Positions 30,090 through 40,375 are shown, numbered from the stretch's first letter. The stretch: 64,000 bases of DNA from Acetatifactor sp. (GCA_051880235.1 JBJENO010000036.1:615-64614); one strand, 5' to 3'. Notes: generated from the sequence alone by a model not told the origin. Numbers and translations are program-made.

Positions 30090-31585
30090 CTCGCCAATCG
30101 CTCCTTTAACTGCTCATAGGTCAACTGATACTTGTTGACCTGGTTGATTGCGCACCCCTTAGTCTCTGCCTTGCTTCTCACGATCTTAAAATTCTGCTGT
30201 CTGTTCTCATCCAGCATTGCCGCCAGACTGACCACCGCCTGATGGCACTCTGTCAGTTCTCGCAGATGAGTGACATAGATCCCCTTACACTGCAAACCGA
30301 TGAAATGCTCCAACACATTTTTCCCCATGATACAGGCATCATAGTTGGCAGCAGTGGTGAACAGTTCGTTGATCACCACAAAGCTGTTCTGACTGCCATC
30401 CTCCATCATCGGCAACAGACGAATCAGTTCCTCCTTCAGCTTACCCCGCCCGGTCTCAATACTCTCTTCCACAGAGAAATGTGTAAGGATGCCGGAAAAA
30501 TAAGGTACATTGGCACTCTTGGCAGGCACACTCAGTCCCATCTTGGCGAAATAGACAAGCTGCCCTAAGCTTCTGGCAAAGGTAGTCTTACCACCCTGAT
30601 TCGGTCCGGTCAGCACAAAGAACTGCTCCTCATCATCCAGATAGAAAGAATTATCCACCACAGGCTTTCCGCTGGCTACGTTTACTACTGCCAGTGCCAG
30701 ATCGTACAGCCCTTCTGCCCTCATTGGCTTACAGCTGTCATCGGTTGGAAGGGCAAACGCAAAGCCCTTGCCCTTCATCCACTGTTCAAACTTATAGAAG
30801 GACAGATAGAAGGAAAGCTCATTCGCCAGAAGAAGCAGTCTCTCCTCTGCATAGTCACTGTACTTTTCACGGAACTTTTCCATACTGTTGAACAGATCCA
30901 TATGTTTCTTGGCATACAGCTTCCACACCTCTGTCTCCAGAGGCGTCAGTTCGTCCGTCCTGCAAAAGGGAGACTTAAGTTCCTTCCCCTGTTCGCCGGT
31001 GTTCCTCAGGTAATCCTCATACATAGGAAGGGTAGGCTCCTCAGATACGAGGAGCTGATGATTTTCATAGATCAAAGTCACGCGACACTGAGCCTGTCCG
31101 GCAAGCAATTCCGTCACTTCCCCAAGCAGCTGTCTGAATGCTTCCCCGGACAGATATTCCCGCAGATAGTCCCGAAGAGTCCGTAACCCCTCTGAAGATA
31201 GTTCCTGTCCCTCCAGACCTTCCGACAGTTTCTGAAGCGCACCACAATACTCCGCCACCTCTCGCATCTGCCAAGAGCTCTTCTGAAGGCCGGAGCGGAC
31301 CTTCTCCTTCTTCACCCTCGCATTCTCTCTGCGCTTCATTGCCTCATAGAAGTGAAACAGCACCTGATGAACCGCTTCCTGTTTCACATCACGGTACACA
31401 GCCCGTCTGTATTCCTCACATTCCTCGTCCACCGGGAAATAGTGGTACAAGGGCGCCACTGTCTCTCCCCACAGAGACTGAATCTTCTCCACCACCTGAT
31501 GGAGATTCAGATCCACAAAAAATAAGGGTCTCGATGTATCCTGATTGGGTCTCTTGCACAGATCTAAAATACTGGTAAACTCCAT
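30086..31585 (-). CDS. MutS-related ATPase (domain V only), subunit A
   Basis: TGPNQGGKTT, GKLKEEL, VINELF and YVTHL motifs. Confidence 0.88.
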   Translation of the reverse strand: MEFTSILDLCKRPNQDTSRPLFFVDLNLHQVVEKIQSLWGETVAPLYHYFPVDEECEEYRRAVYRDVKQEAVHQVLFHFYEAMKRRENARVKKEKVRSGLQKSSWQMREVAEYCGALQKLSEGLEGQELSSEGLRTLRDYLREYLSGEAFRQLLGEVTELLAGQAQCRVTLIYENHQLLVSEEPTLPMYEDYLRNTGEQGKELKSPFCRTDELTPLETEVWKLYAKKHMDLFNSMEKFREKYSDYAEERLLLLANELSFYLSFYKFEQWMKGKGFAFALPTDDSCKPMRAEGLYDLALAVVNVASGKPVVDNSFYLDDEEQFFVLTGPNQGGKTTFARSLGQLVYFAKMGLSVPAKSANVPYFSGILTHFSVEESIETGRGKLKEELIRLLPMMEDGSQNSFVVINELFTTAANYDACIMGKNVLEHFIGLQCKGIYVTHLRELTECHQAVVSLAAMLDENRQQNFKIVRSKAETKGCAINQVNKYQLTYEQLKERLAR

Positions 31586-31604
31586 GAGCCACCTTTCCTT
31601 TCCG

Positions 31605-31853
31605 CTAATCCTCTAACGCTTCAAACGCCTTGACTACCGTCTCATATTCCCGGGCAGACTCGATCTGCTCCACGATCAGTTCCCCCTCGGAAACCGTTTC
31701 GCTGCGATACAGATAGATGCCCTCTCTGATCTCATCTCCCTCTACAAGAGACACCGCAATATAGTCCCTGCCATCTACCTGAAAGCTGTTCATAATCGCA
31801 AAATCCCGCTCTGTCCCGTCTGATACGGGAATCTGAATCACATCATACTCCAT
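31605..31853 (-). CDS. DUF1292-like small acidic protein
   Basis: DGTERDF..F.VDGRDYIA..IE...EYE.V pattern; RBS aggagg. Confidence 0.75.
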   Translation of the reverse strand: MEYDVIQIPVSDGTERDFAIMNSFQVDGRDYIAVSLVEGDEIREGIYLYRSETVSEGELIVEQIESAREYETVVKAFEALED

Positions 31854-31933
31854 TGTCGCTATCCTCCTATTCCGGAATTCTTTTCTTCCTTTTCAGAATT
31901 GTGTTCCCTACAAGACCCGTGTGTCTGTTTCTT

Positions 31934-32851
31934 CTATAAGGTCAGTGCTCCCACAATGGGAATCGTTATCACCGACAGCAGGGTGGTCAGCGCCACTCCC
32001 CTGCCGGTCAGGTCTGTGTCGCCGCCGTACTGCTCCGCCAGCATGGCTGTCATACTGCCGACCGGGGTCGCCAGCATCACCATAAATACGCCCCGCAGCA
32101 CCTCGTCCGCGATCAACTGTCCGGCAAGCAGCATCCCGAGAACCGGCACTACCAGCAATTTCATACAACTGAAAATCAACAGTCTTACATCTGTGAACAG
32201 ACTCCTGAGGGGTACCCTGGCCAGAGCCATCCCGATCACGATCATACTTAACGGAGCCGTCAGACTGCCAAGTCCTGATAAGGTTTCCCGCACAAATCCG
32301 GGGGCGTCCCACCTTAAAACATACAGAAGGATCGCCAGAAGTCCTGCCGCCACACCTGCATTGATCATCTTCCTCCAGTCAAAACCGGCGCCGTTTTCGC
32401 CTTTCTGATTTCTGGTCAGTTCATAGATGCCATAGGTATAGATCAATAAATTATAAGGGATCTGGAAGATCGCCGTATGCAGCAGAGCCTCATCTCCATA
32501 CAGAGCCTGCACCACCGGAAACCCCATAAATCCAATGTTGGAAAAAATCGTCATCAGGCGATAGATCCCACGCTGCCCAACCGGCACACGAAGCAGCACC
32601 GGAAGGATGAAAGCCACCACGAACATTCCCCCAAACAGACAAACTGCTGCAAGGACAGTAGGGAACAGTCCCCCGGGAATATCACCCTGTCTGTTGATGG
32701 TACCGCTGATCACCAGTGCCGGACTTGCAAAGTTCAACACCAGAAAGCTGATGATCTTGGAGGCTCTTGCATCCAGATACTTTCTCCGAAGGCAAAAGTA
32801 TCCGATCATCATATAGACAAACAATACTGCCATCTTACCAAGCAAATTCAT
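31934..32851 (-). CDS. AEC (auxin efflux carrier) family transporter
   Basis: FSNIGFMGFP, PLSMIVIG and TTLLSVITIP motifs. Confidence 0.92.
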   Translation of the reverse strand: MNLLGKMAVLFVYMMIGYFCLRRKYLDARASKIISFLVLNFASPALVISGTINRQGDIPGGLFPTVLAAVCLFGGMFVVAFILPVLLRVPVGQRGIYRLMTIFSNIGFMGFPVVQALYGDEALLHTAIFQIPYNLLIYTYGIYELTRNQKGENGAGFDWRKMINAGVAAGLLAILLYVLRWDAPGFVRETLSGLGSLTAPLSMIVIGMALARVPLRSLFTDVRLLIFSCMKLLVVPVLGMLLAGQLIADEVLRGVFMVMLATPVGSMTAMLAEQYGGDTDLTGRGVALTTLLSVITIPIVGALTL

Positions 32852-32885
32852 TTGAAAACCTCAACTTAGATCGGAGGAGCCTTCT

Positions 32886-34604
32886 CTACCGGTACACAGT
32901 ACACATTTCATTGGAGAAGCCTTCCCTGTAATTTTCTTCCTCCAGAAATGTCAACAACATTTCCATCTTGGGCTGATCCATTGGTGCATCGGCACCAATG
33001 ATCACCACCGGCCGATCTCCCGCCTCACAGCTGCCGGCTATATTCTCCAATTCCCTTTGAAACTTCTCCGTAGCAAAGGACCTCAGATCCGGCCAGGTAC
33101 TGGACATAGCGGGAGTAAGCTCCAGCAGAAAAGAGAGCCCGGGCACATTGTGATAGAGGATCACTTCGCGGCTCTTCAATTCCTCCGCTTCCAGATAAGC
33201 ATTCAGTCCCTTCAGCTGCCCTGCCACTTCCGGCCTGGTATACATTCCGACTAAAGCGGGGATTTCCGTCACTTTCTCAGTCCGCTTTTCCCCAAAGATA
33301 CCATCTCGGAATACAAAGGTCGCTCCAAAGAGAATTCCCTGCACAGCAGTCAATGCCGCCAATAATCCAAGACTGATACGAAGGGGTTCTAAGAATACTG
33401 CAGACTTCTCCGTATTTTCCTGTTTCATCCTTCCAAATAACCGATAGATACAGTGGCACACAAAGGGAGTCACCACAAACAGATTGTTCTCTGCAGACAG
33501 CAGCCGGTTGTTGCTTCCCAGCGGAGTAATTCCCATCACGATCACTGCACAGGCCCCCCAGAATCGAAGCAGATAGTTCTGTCCCCCGAAGAGCGCCACA
33601 TAACCGCCCATCAAAATGGCCGTCAGTAAGAAGACAATGCCAATGTTCTGAATAGAAGAGTAATCATAGTATCTGAAGGTAAACACCTTGTTGCGATAGA
33701 ATACAAAAAATAATGCCAGATTCAAGATGACATAAAGCCCTCGCTTCCACCATAGGAAACGATCCTTCAGAAGCAGGAACAATACACAGCCTATCCCAAT
33801 CACTACAGCTAATTCCACGATCCACTTGGCATTGTGCAGATAATCCGTCAGCTGCCCCAATATCATCGCCTTCAGGGAATAGTCGCTGGCCTCACCCGGC
33901 ATGGAGAGAATGGCGCGAATTCCCTCAACATAAGATGCAAACCCATATCGCACACAGATGTAGGCAAAGATACTGCCAAAACCAAGGACATAGCCGAGAA
34001 TACAGTACCCGGTACGACGGAGAAGTTCCCCAAACGAATCCTTTCGGATGATGCAGTAGAACCACACTGCCAGAATCAGTGCCATCTGGGCCAGATTGGG
34101 CAGGCGCACCATCACATTCACTCCAAGGCAAACTCCCGCCAGCACATACCACTTTGTCTTCCCCGTCTTCACTGCAAGACACAACAGAAAAGCCCCTAAG
34201 GTAAACAGCAGGTACGTCACGTAATTGTAAAGAAGTGCAGTGGGACACCAACAGAATCCCAGCGCAACAAGCTCTGCCAAAAATGCCACGCCCTCTGGCA
34301 TCTCAAACAGCTTCACGCAGAAGAAATAGGCCGTCAGCGCAATCGACGCTTTCACCAGACCGGTATAGACATTCAGCCCCAGCATCGTAGAACCAAAGGG
34401 AAGTCTTGTGAAAAAGGATCCGATGGCAGTCGCCAGATAAGTAGAGAACTTCCACATGCCGTCCAGGCTCTCGAAATGTATGAAGTTGCCGTAATTATAT
34501 CCCGTGTCCGTCACTGTAATCCCCTGATTGACAAGCAGCAGGGAATAGACTGTCAGTATTACCGGGAAGATCCAGCCCGGCAGCTTCGCGCTCCTTTTGT
34601 CCAT
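32886..34604 (-). CDS. Polytopic membrane protein, probable GT-C (PMT/ArnT-like) glycosyltransferase
   Basis: More than 10 TM segments, acidic motif (TDTGY) after TM1, soluble C-terminal domain. Confidence 0.55.
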   Translation of the reverse strand: MDKRSAKLPGWIFPVILTVYSLLLVNQGITVTDTGYNYGNFIHFESLDGMWKFSTYLATAIGSFFTRLPFGSTMLGLNVYTGLVKASIALTAYFFCVKLFEMPEGVAFLAELVALGFCWCPTALLYNYVTYLLFTLGAFLLCLAVKTGKTKWYVLAGVCLGVNVMVRLPNLAQMALILAVWFYCIIRKDSFGELLRRTGYCILGYVLGFGSIFAYICVRYGFASYVEGIRAILSMPGEASDYSLKAMILGQLTDYLHNAKWIVELAVVIGIGCVLFLLLKDRFLWWKRGLYVILNLALFFVFYRNKVFTFRYYDYSSIQNIGIVFLLTAILMGGYVALFGGQNYLLRFWGACAVIVMGITPLGSNNRLLSAENNLFVVTPFVCHCIYRLFGRMKQENTEKSAVFLEPLRISLGLLAALTAVQGILFGATFVFRDGIFGEKRTEKVTEIPALVGMYTRPEVAGQLKGLNAYLEAEELKSREVILYHNVPGLSFLLELTPAMSSTWPDLRSFATEKFQRELENIAGSCEAGDRPVVIIGADAPMDQPKMEMLLTFLEEENYREGFSNEMCTVYR

Positions 34605-34696
34605 GCTTCACCTCTCTGATCTCTCTTAGCAGGAAATGGGAAGAGGGCGTCAGCTTTCGCCAACACCCTCTAGCTTTTCTATGCGAAATCAATTCT

Positions 34697-34725
34697 ATTA
34701 TAGCACACACCCCCTGCTTCAGCAA
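34697..34725 (-). promoter_or_regulatory. sigma-A promoter
   Basis: TTGCTG-17-TATAAT with extended -10 TG. Confidence 0.6.
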
Positions 34726-34748
34726 GTGGGCGTTCACAGGCACATCCC

Positions 34749-36230
34749 CTACAGATCTTCCAGCAATTTCTTTGCACCGTACAGGGATACATTAAAGGTT
34801 CGAATACTAACGTCTGATGTGTCGCTTTCCAAAATGTTCAAATAGGCCTCAAAATACCTTTGACCCTGCACCAGATTGGCGGACGTTCCCCTGACGTATC
34901 CGCGCTCCCGCAGGTAAGGAATCACCACAGGTGCCGCATCTGCAGACAGCTCCCGAATCAGACGAAAATCATTGTACGGTGCTGCCTCTCCCCCGGCGAT
35001 CCCGATATGACCTGTATTCGTGTTTGCCAGGTTCACTTTGGCGATCAGATAATCCGGATGGGAGAAGGACAATGCCAGATAGAGTACCGTCACCACTGCC
35101 ATGCTGTATCGGAACAAGCGAAACTTCCTGCAATAGATGGACACCAACACTCCCACAAATAAAAGCGCCAATACCAAAAGTGCCCACAACACCAAAATGC
35201 GAAGGAAAGTCAGGTAATAGTAAGAAATATAGATGATCATTCTCATGGCACTGGAGGCGATCATAATAAAGGTGCAAAGTGACATTACTGTCAGAATCCA
35301 TTTCAGGAGTTGGGACTCCCGGAAATAGGTCAGAATCACCAGTACGATCACCAGATTCAACAGGCTCACCGCCAACAATTGGAAGAAACCTTGTCTGGCG
35401 TACGACGCATAAGTGTAACCGTCCGGCAGTTTCATTTTTCCAAGAAACAGCCCACCGATCTGCACCAGCGAAAACACCAGATAGAGCAGCGTCAGCATGG
35501 ACGAGATCGTAATTGCCAACAGAGGCTCTCCCTTGCGCTTATCCGGTACCTCCTCCGTAAGACTGCGCCGGGAAAAGAAGCTGTAGAGTCCATAGGTCAG
35601 GAAAAAGAGAAGCCCGATCTTCAGCAGGATCACCGCAATGTTGTAGAAAAGCTCGCTGCTTTCGAGAAACGAGAAAAGTCCCTTTGTATACTGGCGAAAC
35701 AACGCGTCCGCGCTGGACAGGATCAAAAGCACAACAAATACAAGCGGAAGACCGATCAGCACACCAACCAGTACTGCCCAGACTCTCCGGTCAGGCTTGT
35801 GGTCTAAAGTCTTTCTATACTGCACAAAATCGCGGAAAGGAGCAGGAATCTGCCCTACCGCTCCCGTCAGGGTCTTCAGAATACTGTTGAGATACTTTCC
35901 CAACCCCCAGCCTGTAGTGTCGTAGTACTGCCTGAGCATCATGCACATCCACAGAAGCAGGATCCCCAATTTGTTAAAGAAAAGGATCCTTCCATCCCCT
36001 GTACAACAGGTAGAAATACCGAGCAGAAGAATCGCCGCCATATAAAACCCACAGCCCTTCTTCAGGGGAAGCTCCAGTCGTTTCATGCTCTCCGCATAGA
36101 CCCAAAGAGATACCCCCAAGAATAACAACCACGCCGCACCCGACGGATTCTCATAGCTGCAGAAGGCATACACACAGCCCAGCGCAAGCGACACAGGTGC
36201 CAAAAACGAAAACGTCAACTTCTTCTCCAT
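34749..36230 (-). CDS. DUF4153/DUF4173 membrane protein
   Basis: LLILSSADALF, YARQGFFQL and RM..YI..Y.LT.LR motifs. Confidence 0.85.
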   Translation of the reverse strand: MEKKLTFSFLAPVSLALGCVYAFCSYENPSGAAWLLFLGVSLWVYAESMKRLELPLKKGCGFYMAAILLLGISTCCTGDGRILFFNKLGILLLWMCMMLRQYYDTTGWGLGKYLNSILKTLTGAVGQIPAPFRDFVQYRKTLDHKPDRRVWAVLVGVLIGLPLVFVVLLILSSADALFRQYTKGLFSFLESSELFYNIAVILLKIGLLFFLTYGLYSFFSRRSLTEEVPDKRKGEPLLAITISSMLTLLYLVFSLVQIGGLFLGKMKLPDGYTYASYARQGFFQLLAVSLLNLVIVLVILTYFRESQLLKWILTVMSLCTFIMIASSAMRMIIYISYYYLTFLRILVLWALLVLALLFVGVLVSIYCRKFRLFRYSMAVVTVLYLALSFSHPDYLIAKVNLANTNTGHIGIAGGEAAPYNDFRLIRELSADAAPVVIPYLRERGYVRGTSANLVQGQRYFEAYLNILESDTSDVSIRTFNVSLYGAKKLLEDL

Positions 36231-36234
36231 CCTC

Positions 36235-36444
36235 TTACTCCTCCTCTGAATATTCCAGAATATCGCCGGGCTGACAGTCCAAGGCCTTGCAAATGGCCGC
36301 CAACGTTGAAAACCGAACTGCCTTTGCCTTATTATTTTTCAAAATAGACAAATTTGCCAGCGTAATGTCCACCTTCTCGGCCAACTCAGTCAGGGACATC
36401 TTCCGCTTTGCCATCATCACATCCAAATTCACTCTGATTATCAT
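36235..36444 (-). CDS. XRE/YozG-like HTH regulator
   Basis: LDVMMAKRKMSLTELAEKVDITLANLSILKNNKAKAVRFSTL...CQPGDILEY. Confidence 0.93.
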   Translation of the reverse strand: MIIRVNLDVMMAKRKMSLTELAEKVDITLANLSILKNNKAKAVRFSTLAAICKALDCQPGDILEYSEEE

Positions 36445-36459
36445 TGCTTCGCCCTCTCC

Positions 36460-36918
36460 CTAAATGGTCAAATCATTCTCTTCCTTGTAGGTCACCGCCT
36501 GATCGAACACCATCGCCAACACTCGGCTGAACAAGCCTGCGATCACAAACACAAGGATCACCACACACATCGCCAGCGTGGCATAGACAAACATTCTCAC
36601 AACACTCATCACGGCAATACAGGCGGCATACACACTCATGCGGTTCAGGCTCCGCACATTCTCTCTGACAAAGCAGTTCTCCTCCAGCACGGTGCGAAAC
36701 ATTTTGCGCAGCTCCCCAATGAGAAGCACCGCAAGAATTCCCAGGATCACATACACCAACAGTGCCGGAATCAAATTCTCTGATACCCCGGGCAGGTAAT
36801 GCTCTCCGATCCACTTCAGGCTAAAGGGCAATGTCACCGTCACCAGCATTCCTCCAAAGTACATCCCGTCTAACAGATACTTGGTGATTTTCGTCCACAA
36901 ATATTTCTTCTCTCTCAT
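36460..36918 (-). CDS. DUF2975 (YoaS-like) membrane protein
   Basis: C-terminal VFDQAVTYKEENDLTI; paired with the YozG-like gene. Confidence 0.9.
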   Translation of the reverse strand: MREKKYLWTKITKYLLDGMYFGGMLVTVTLPFSLKWIGEHYLPGVSENLIPALLVYVILGILAVLLIGELRKMFRTVLEENCFVRENVRSLNRMSVYAACIAVMSVVRMFVYATLAMCVVILVFVIAGLFSRVLAMVFDQAVTYKEENDLTI

Positions 36919-37006
36919 CTGACTCTCCTTGCGTGAAAACTTTTTTCTCACATTTTGTTCTTGTAATCATTTCTATCACACAACTTCTCGAATGTCAATA
37001 TAAATT

Positions 37007-37043
37007 TATTGTTTTTCGATATAGATATATTGTTTACCGATAT
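37007..37043. promoter_or_regulatory. Direct-repeat operator candidate beside the DUF2975 promoter
   Basis: TATTGTTTTTCGATAT / TATTGTTTACCGATAT with 21-bp period, next to TTGACA (36993-36998, minus strand). Confidence 0.6.
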
Positions 37044-37163
37044 GATATACTACTGTTTGGAAACGAGAGAAGTCCGTAGAAATTCACCCGGAGATTCGAC
37101 CGGAATAGAAAGCGCGACTGCGCGGATTCGTGAGCGCAGACAACAGATGCAAGGAGGAGACAC

Positions 37164-38042
37164 ATGAGAGATTCCAATCAGATCACAAGAGAGTATTTCG
37201 ATGATATTCTCGTCGAAATGCGCCATATAGACGCAGTGAAACCGAACACCGTTGTAACCTTTTTCGGAGAGACCTTCCAGACTCCTATCGCCACTGCTGC
37301 CCTGTCCCACCTCTATAACACCTGTGAGGACGGCATGACCAAAATGGCCGAGGGTGCCTGCATGGCGGGGGCGCTTTGTTTCTCCGGAATGGGGGAAGAA
37401 GAAGAGATCAGAGCTATGTGCGCCACCGGTGCCAAGGTGATCAAGATCATCAAGCCTCATGCGGACAATGCAACCGTTTTCGCCAAGATAAAGGAGGCCG
37501 AAGAGGCAGGTGCTTTGGGCGTGGGGATGGATATCGACCATGCCTTTAACGGACGGGGTGAATACGACTGCGTCTGCGGACTGGATATGCGCCCCAAATC
37601 CTTAGAGGAGCTCAAAAGCTTTGTGCAGGCTACCGGACTGCCTTTTATCATTAAAGGAGTCTTAAGCGTAACCGATGCCAAAAAGGCACTGGAAGCAGGC
37701 GCTGCAGGAATCATCGTCTCTCATCATCACGGCATCCTGGACTCTGCAGTTCCCCCGCTGATGATCCTTCCCGAGATCGTAAAGGTGATCGATCACAAGA
37801 TCCCCATCTTCGTAGATTGCTGTATGGAAAGCGGCATGGATGCTTTCAAGGCTTTGGCTTTGGGCGCGGACGGTGTGTGTGTTGGCAGGGCCATTATGGA
37901 GCCTCTGAGAGTCTATGGTGCCCAGGGCGTCTGTGACAAGCTGACCCAGATGGATCAGGAGCTTCGCGGTACGATGGCAAGAACGGGCTTTGCAACGGTA
38001 GAGAAAATCGATGATTCCATATTGTGGAGGAGATCAAGATGA
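37164..38042 (+). CDS. FMN-dependent alpha-hydroxy acid oxidase family protein
   Basis: PFIIKGVLS..DA, VSHHHG and ALALGADGVCVGR motifs. Confidence 0.9.
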   Translation: MRDSNQITREYFDDILVEMRHIDAVKPNTVVTFFGETFQTPIATAALSHLYNTCEDGMTKMAEGACMAGALCFSGMGEEEEIRAMCATGAKVIKIIKPHADNATVFAKIKEAEEAGALGVGMDIDHAFNGRGEYDCVCGLDMRPKSLEELKSFVQATGLPFIIKGVLSVTDAKKALEAGAAGIIVSHHHGILDSAVPPLMILPEIVKVIDHKIPIFVDCCMESGMDAFKALALGADGVCVGRAIMEPLRVYGAQGVCDKLTQMDQELRGTMARTGFATVEKIDDSILWRRSR

Positions 38043-38875
38043 GATTAGGCGGAGGAGTGGAAAAACCCTATCGGAATCCGGAAGAATGGTTGAGATGGGT
38101 AAAAGAACTGCAATACAGCGCAGTGATCTTTCCGGCAGACAGTTCGGCAGATCCGTCTGTGGTGCAGGACTATCTGAAGATCATCCGGGAAAATGACCTG
38201 GTAATCGGTGAAGTGGGAGTCTGGAGAAACTGCCTGTCCCCTCATGACGCGGAGAGAAAAGCAGCCTGTGATTACGCCAAGGCCCAGCTTGCCCTGGCAG
38301 AGGAAGTGTCTGCAAACTGCTGTGTCAACATCATCGGCAGCTGCAGCGATATCTGGGACGGCTTCGCCCCTGAGAATTATGATCCCGCCGTATACGATCT
38401 GGCTGTAGACAGTATTCGAGAGATTATCGACGCCGTAAAACCCGTCAGAAGCTGCTACTCCATCGAGCCCATGCCCTGGATGGTGCCGGACTCACCGGAG
38501 CAGTATCTGAAGCTGATCAAGGACGTAGACCGAGCGGGTTTCGGCGTTCATCTGGACTACGTGAACATGATCAACTGCCCCCAGCGCTATGTACAGAGCA
38601 CAGACTTTATCCGCCACTGCTTTGAGCTCTTAGGTCCTCACATCAAAAGCATTCACGGCAAGGATGTCTTCATGGAACAGAGCTTTACTACCCTGATCCA
38701 TGAGGTTCAACCGGGGCTTGGCACCTTAAATCACCCGGAAATATTAAAGATGGTGGAGGCTCTCGGGCCTGACACCACCTTCTTCATTGAGCATCTGCCC
38801 TCTCATGAGAAATATATGGAGGCCGCTGCTTTTATTCGAAAGCAGGCGCAGGATGCCGGTATTGTAGTTCTATGA
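38039..38875 (+). CDS. Sugar phosphate isomerase/epimerase (xylose isomerase-like TIM barrel)
   Basis: IEPMP, HLDYVN, SIHGKD and IEH motifs; ATGA overlap with the upstream gene. Confidence 0.85.
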   Translation: MRLGGGVEKPYRNPEEWLRWVKELQYSAVIFPADSSADPSVVQDYLKIIRENDLVIGEVGVWRNCLSPHDAERKAACDYAKAQLALAEEVSANCCVNIIGSCSDIWDGFAPENYDPAVYDLAVDSIREIIDAVKPVRSCYSIEPMPWMVPDSPEQYLKLIKDVDRAGFGVHLDYVNMINCPQRYVQSTDFIRHCFELLGPHIKSIHGKDVFMEQSFTTLIHEVQPGLGTLNHPEILKMVEALGPDTTFFIEHLPSHEKYMEAAAFIRKQAQDAGIVVL

Positions 38876-38930
38876 ACTGCTTCATAGAAAGAAAAAGTCA
38901 ACGAACCCCGGGACCTCGTGAGAAAAGCAC

Positions 38931-40046
38931 TCACGGGGTCCTTTCCATAGAAATGTCCCTCAATATCTCCTCGGGTGTCATCTCCAGATACCCTTCCGGG
39001 TCGGTCAACCCTGTCTCCGACAACGACCAGACGAAGACCCCTGCATTCTTACTTTCCGAGAAAGAGAGATACTTCCGGTAAGATTTCAACTGAACCTCAT
39101 AACGCCCACTCCACTCCGGGCAATAGGTGCTCATATATTCTTCTGCGAGCTGCATCGCCTCGCAGTCACTGCGCCCTTTCGGATCCAATGCAGATAACTG
39201 CACCCCGCCTCCCAACTCACCGGTTTCCGAGGGCGAGGGAGTGGAGTGGACGATCAGCACACTGCCATCCTGACAGGTCCCGAGACTCATCCACACGTGG
39301 CCTCTGATACTGACGATATCACCGGGTTGAAGCAAACGGTTTTTCTCCCGGCTAAAAGAACCAAAGCCGTGGGTCCGGGCCAAACTCTTTGCAAACTCTG
39401 TGGAAGCTACCACATATCCGGTCTGCTTCTCCTCGTCTGCCCCGGAAGGATCCGTCATCACGTTGTAGATCACCCAGCCCAGATACCCGGAGCAGTCCAA
39501 CCCACACTCGTGATAAGTATTCACCCCGTCGAAGGGGTAGAAACTGTTCCCTGGATCTTCCCTGCGATTCTTGGTCCCGGGCACATACCGGTAGTTATAA
39601 TTTTCATCCTGCTCCTCAAAAAAGATACTCCACTCCTCGGAGAGTCCAAAGCTCATAGCCTCCTCACCGGAACCGGTGTCCTCCAAATTCCAGCCTCCCC
39701 CGTAGACATACAATACTTTTCCGACAGGAGCCAGGGCGGTCCGGATCAGATTTTTCACCGTTCGTACACCGGGCGTTCCATTGGTGCAGCCCTGCATTGT
39801 GCCTTCTTCCAAGAGCCCTTCTCTCTCATCGCTTTCATCCCTCGAAGGACTCCCTATCTCACTTTCCTCCAGAATAACCGCCTGATCTGCAGACTCTCTT
39901 CTTGAAACCTCTTGCTCTATACTGCCGCAGCCTGTCAACAATAAACCTCCCACGACCCACAGAAAAACACTTCTATATATGTTTATGAGGGTTCTCTTCT
40001 CTTTACTCCAACGCATTGGTATCTTCCTCCGGTTTTTCAGCCTCAT
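38931..40046 (-). CDS. Lipoprotein with NlpC/P60-like catalytic domain
   Basis: LTGC lipobox; YVYGGG, GLDCSGY and PGDIV..GHV motifs. Confidence 0.75.
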   Translation of the reverse strand: MRLKNRRKIPMRWSKEKRTLINIYRSVFLWVVGGLLLTGCGSIEQEVSRRESADQAVILEESEIGSPSRDESDEREGLLEEGTMQGCTNGTPGVRTVKNLIRTALAPVGKVLYVYGGGWNLEDTGSGEEAMSFGLSEEWSIFFEEQDENYNYRYVPGTKNRREDPGNSFYPFDGVNTYHECGLDCSGYLGWVIYNVMTDPSGADEEKQTGYVVASTEFAKSLARTHGFGSFSREKNRLLQPGDIVSIRGHVWMSLGTCQDGSVLIVHSTPSPSETGELGGGVQLSALDPKGRSDCEAMQLAEEYMSTYCPEWSGRYEVQLKSYRKYLSFSESKNAGVFVWSLSETGLTDPEGYLEMTPEEILRDISMERTP

Positions 40047-40231
40047 ACGAGGTTTTTGTCACACCCTGCCATCAAACGTCTTTTTCTGTGGCAAAATGAC
40101 GATGTGTTTGTGCATCCGCTCTCCCTCTCCCAGGTTATAATGAAATAGTCCCTTGCCGGAATTGTGTTTCCGTCACAATTCCCCAATGTGCGAAGAACGG
40201 AAAATGAATCGAAGGGAGTGTTTCACAGAAT

Positions 40232-40375
40232 ATGAATCTACTGTACTGGCTGCTCATTCTCATAGGTGTAACCGCAGGTGCCCTGTCCACATTCTATCTG
40301 GTGGTCTCCATGATAGCGGTGATCGTCTACAAAATCTACAGGAAAGTGAAGTATGGGCTATCCCTGTACGACTAA
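40232..40375 (+). CDS. Small 47-aa membrane protein (not in the ORF track)
   Basis: RBS AAGGGAG; MNLLYWLLILIGVTAGALSTFYLVVSMIAVIVYKIYRKVKYGLSLYD; upstream TATAAT at 40136. Confidence 0.7.
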   Translation: MNLLYWLLILIGVTAGALSTFYLVVSMIAVIVYKIYRKVKYGLSLYD

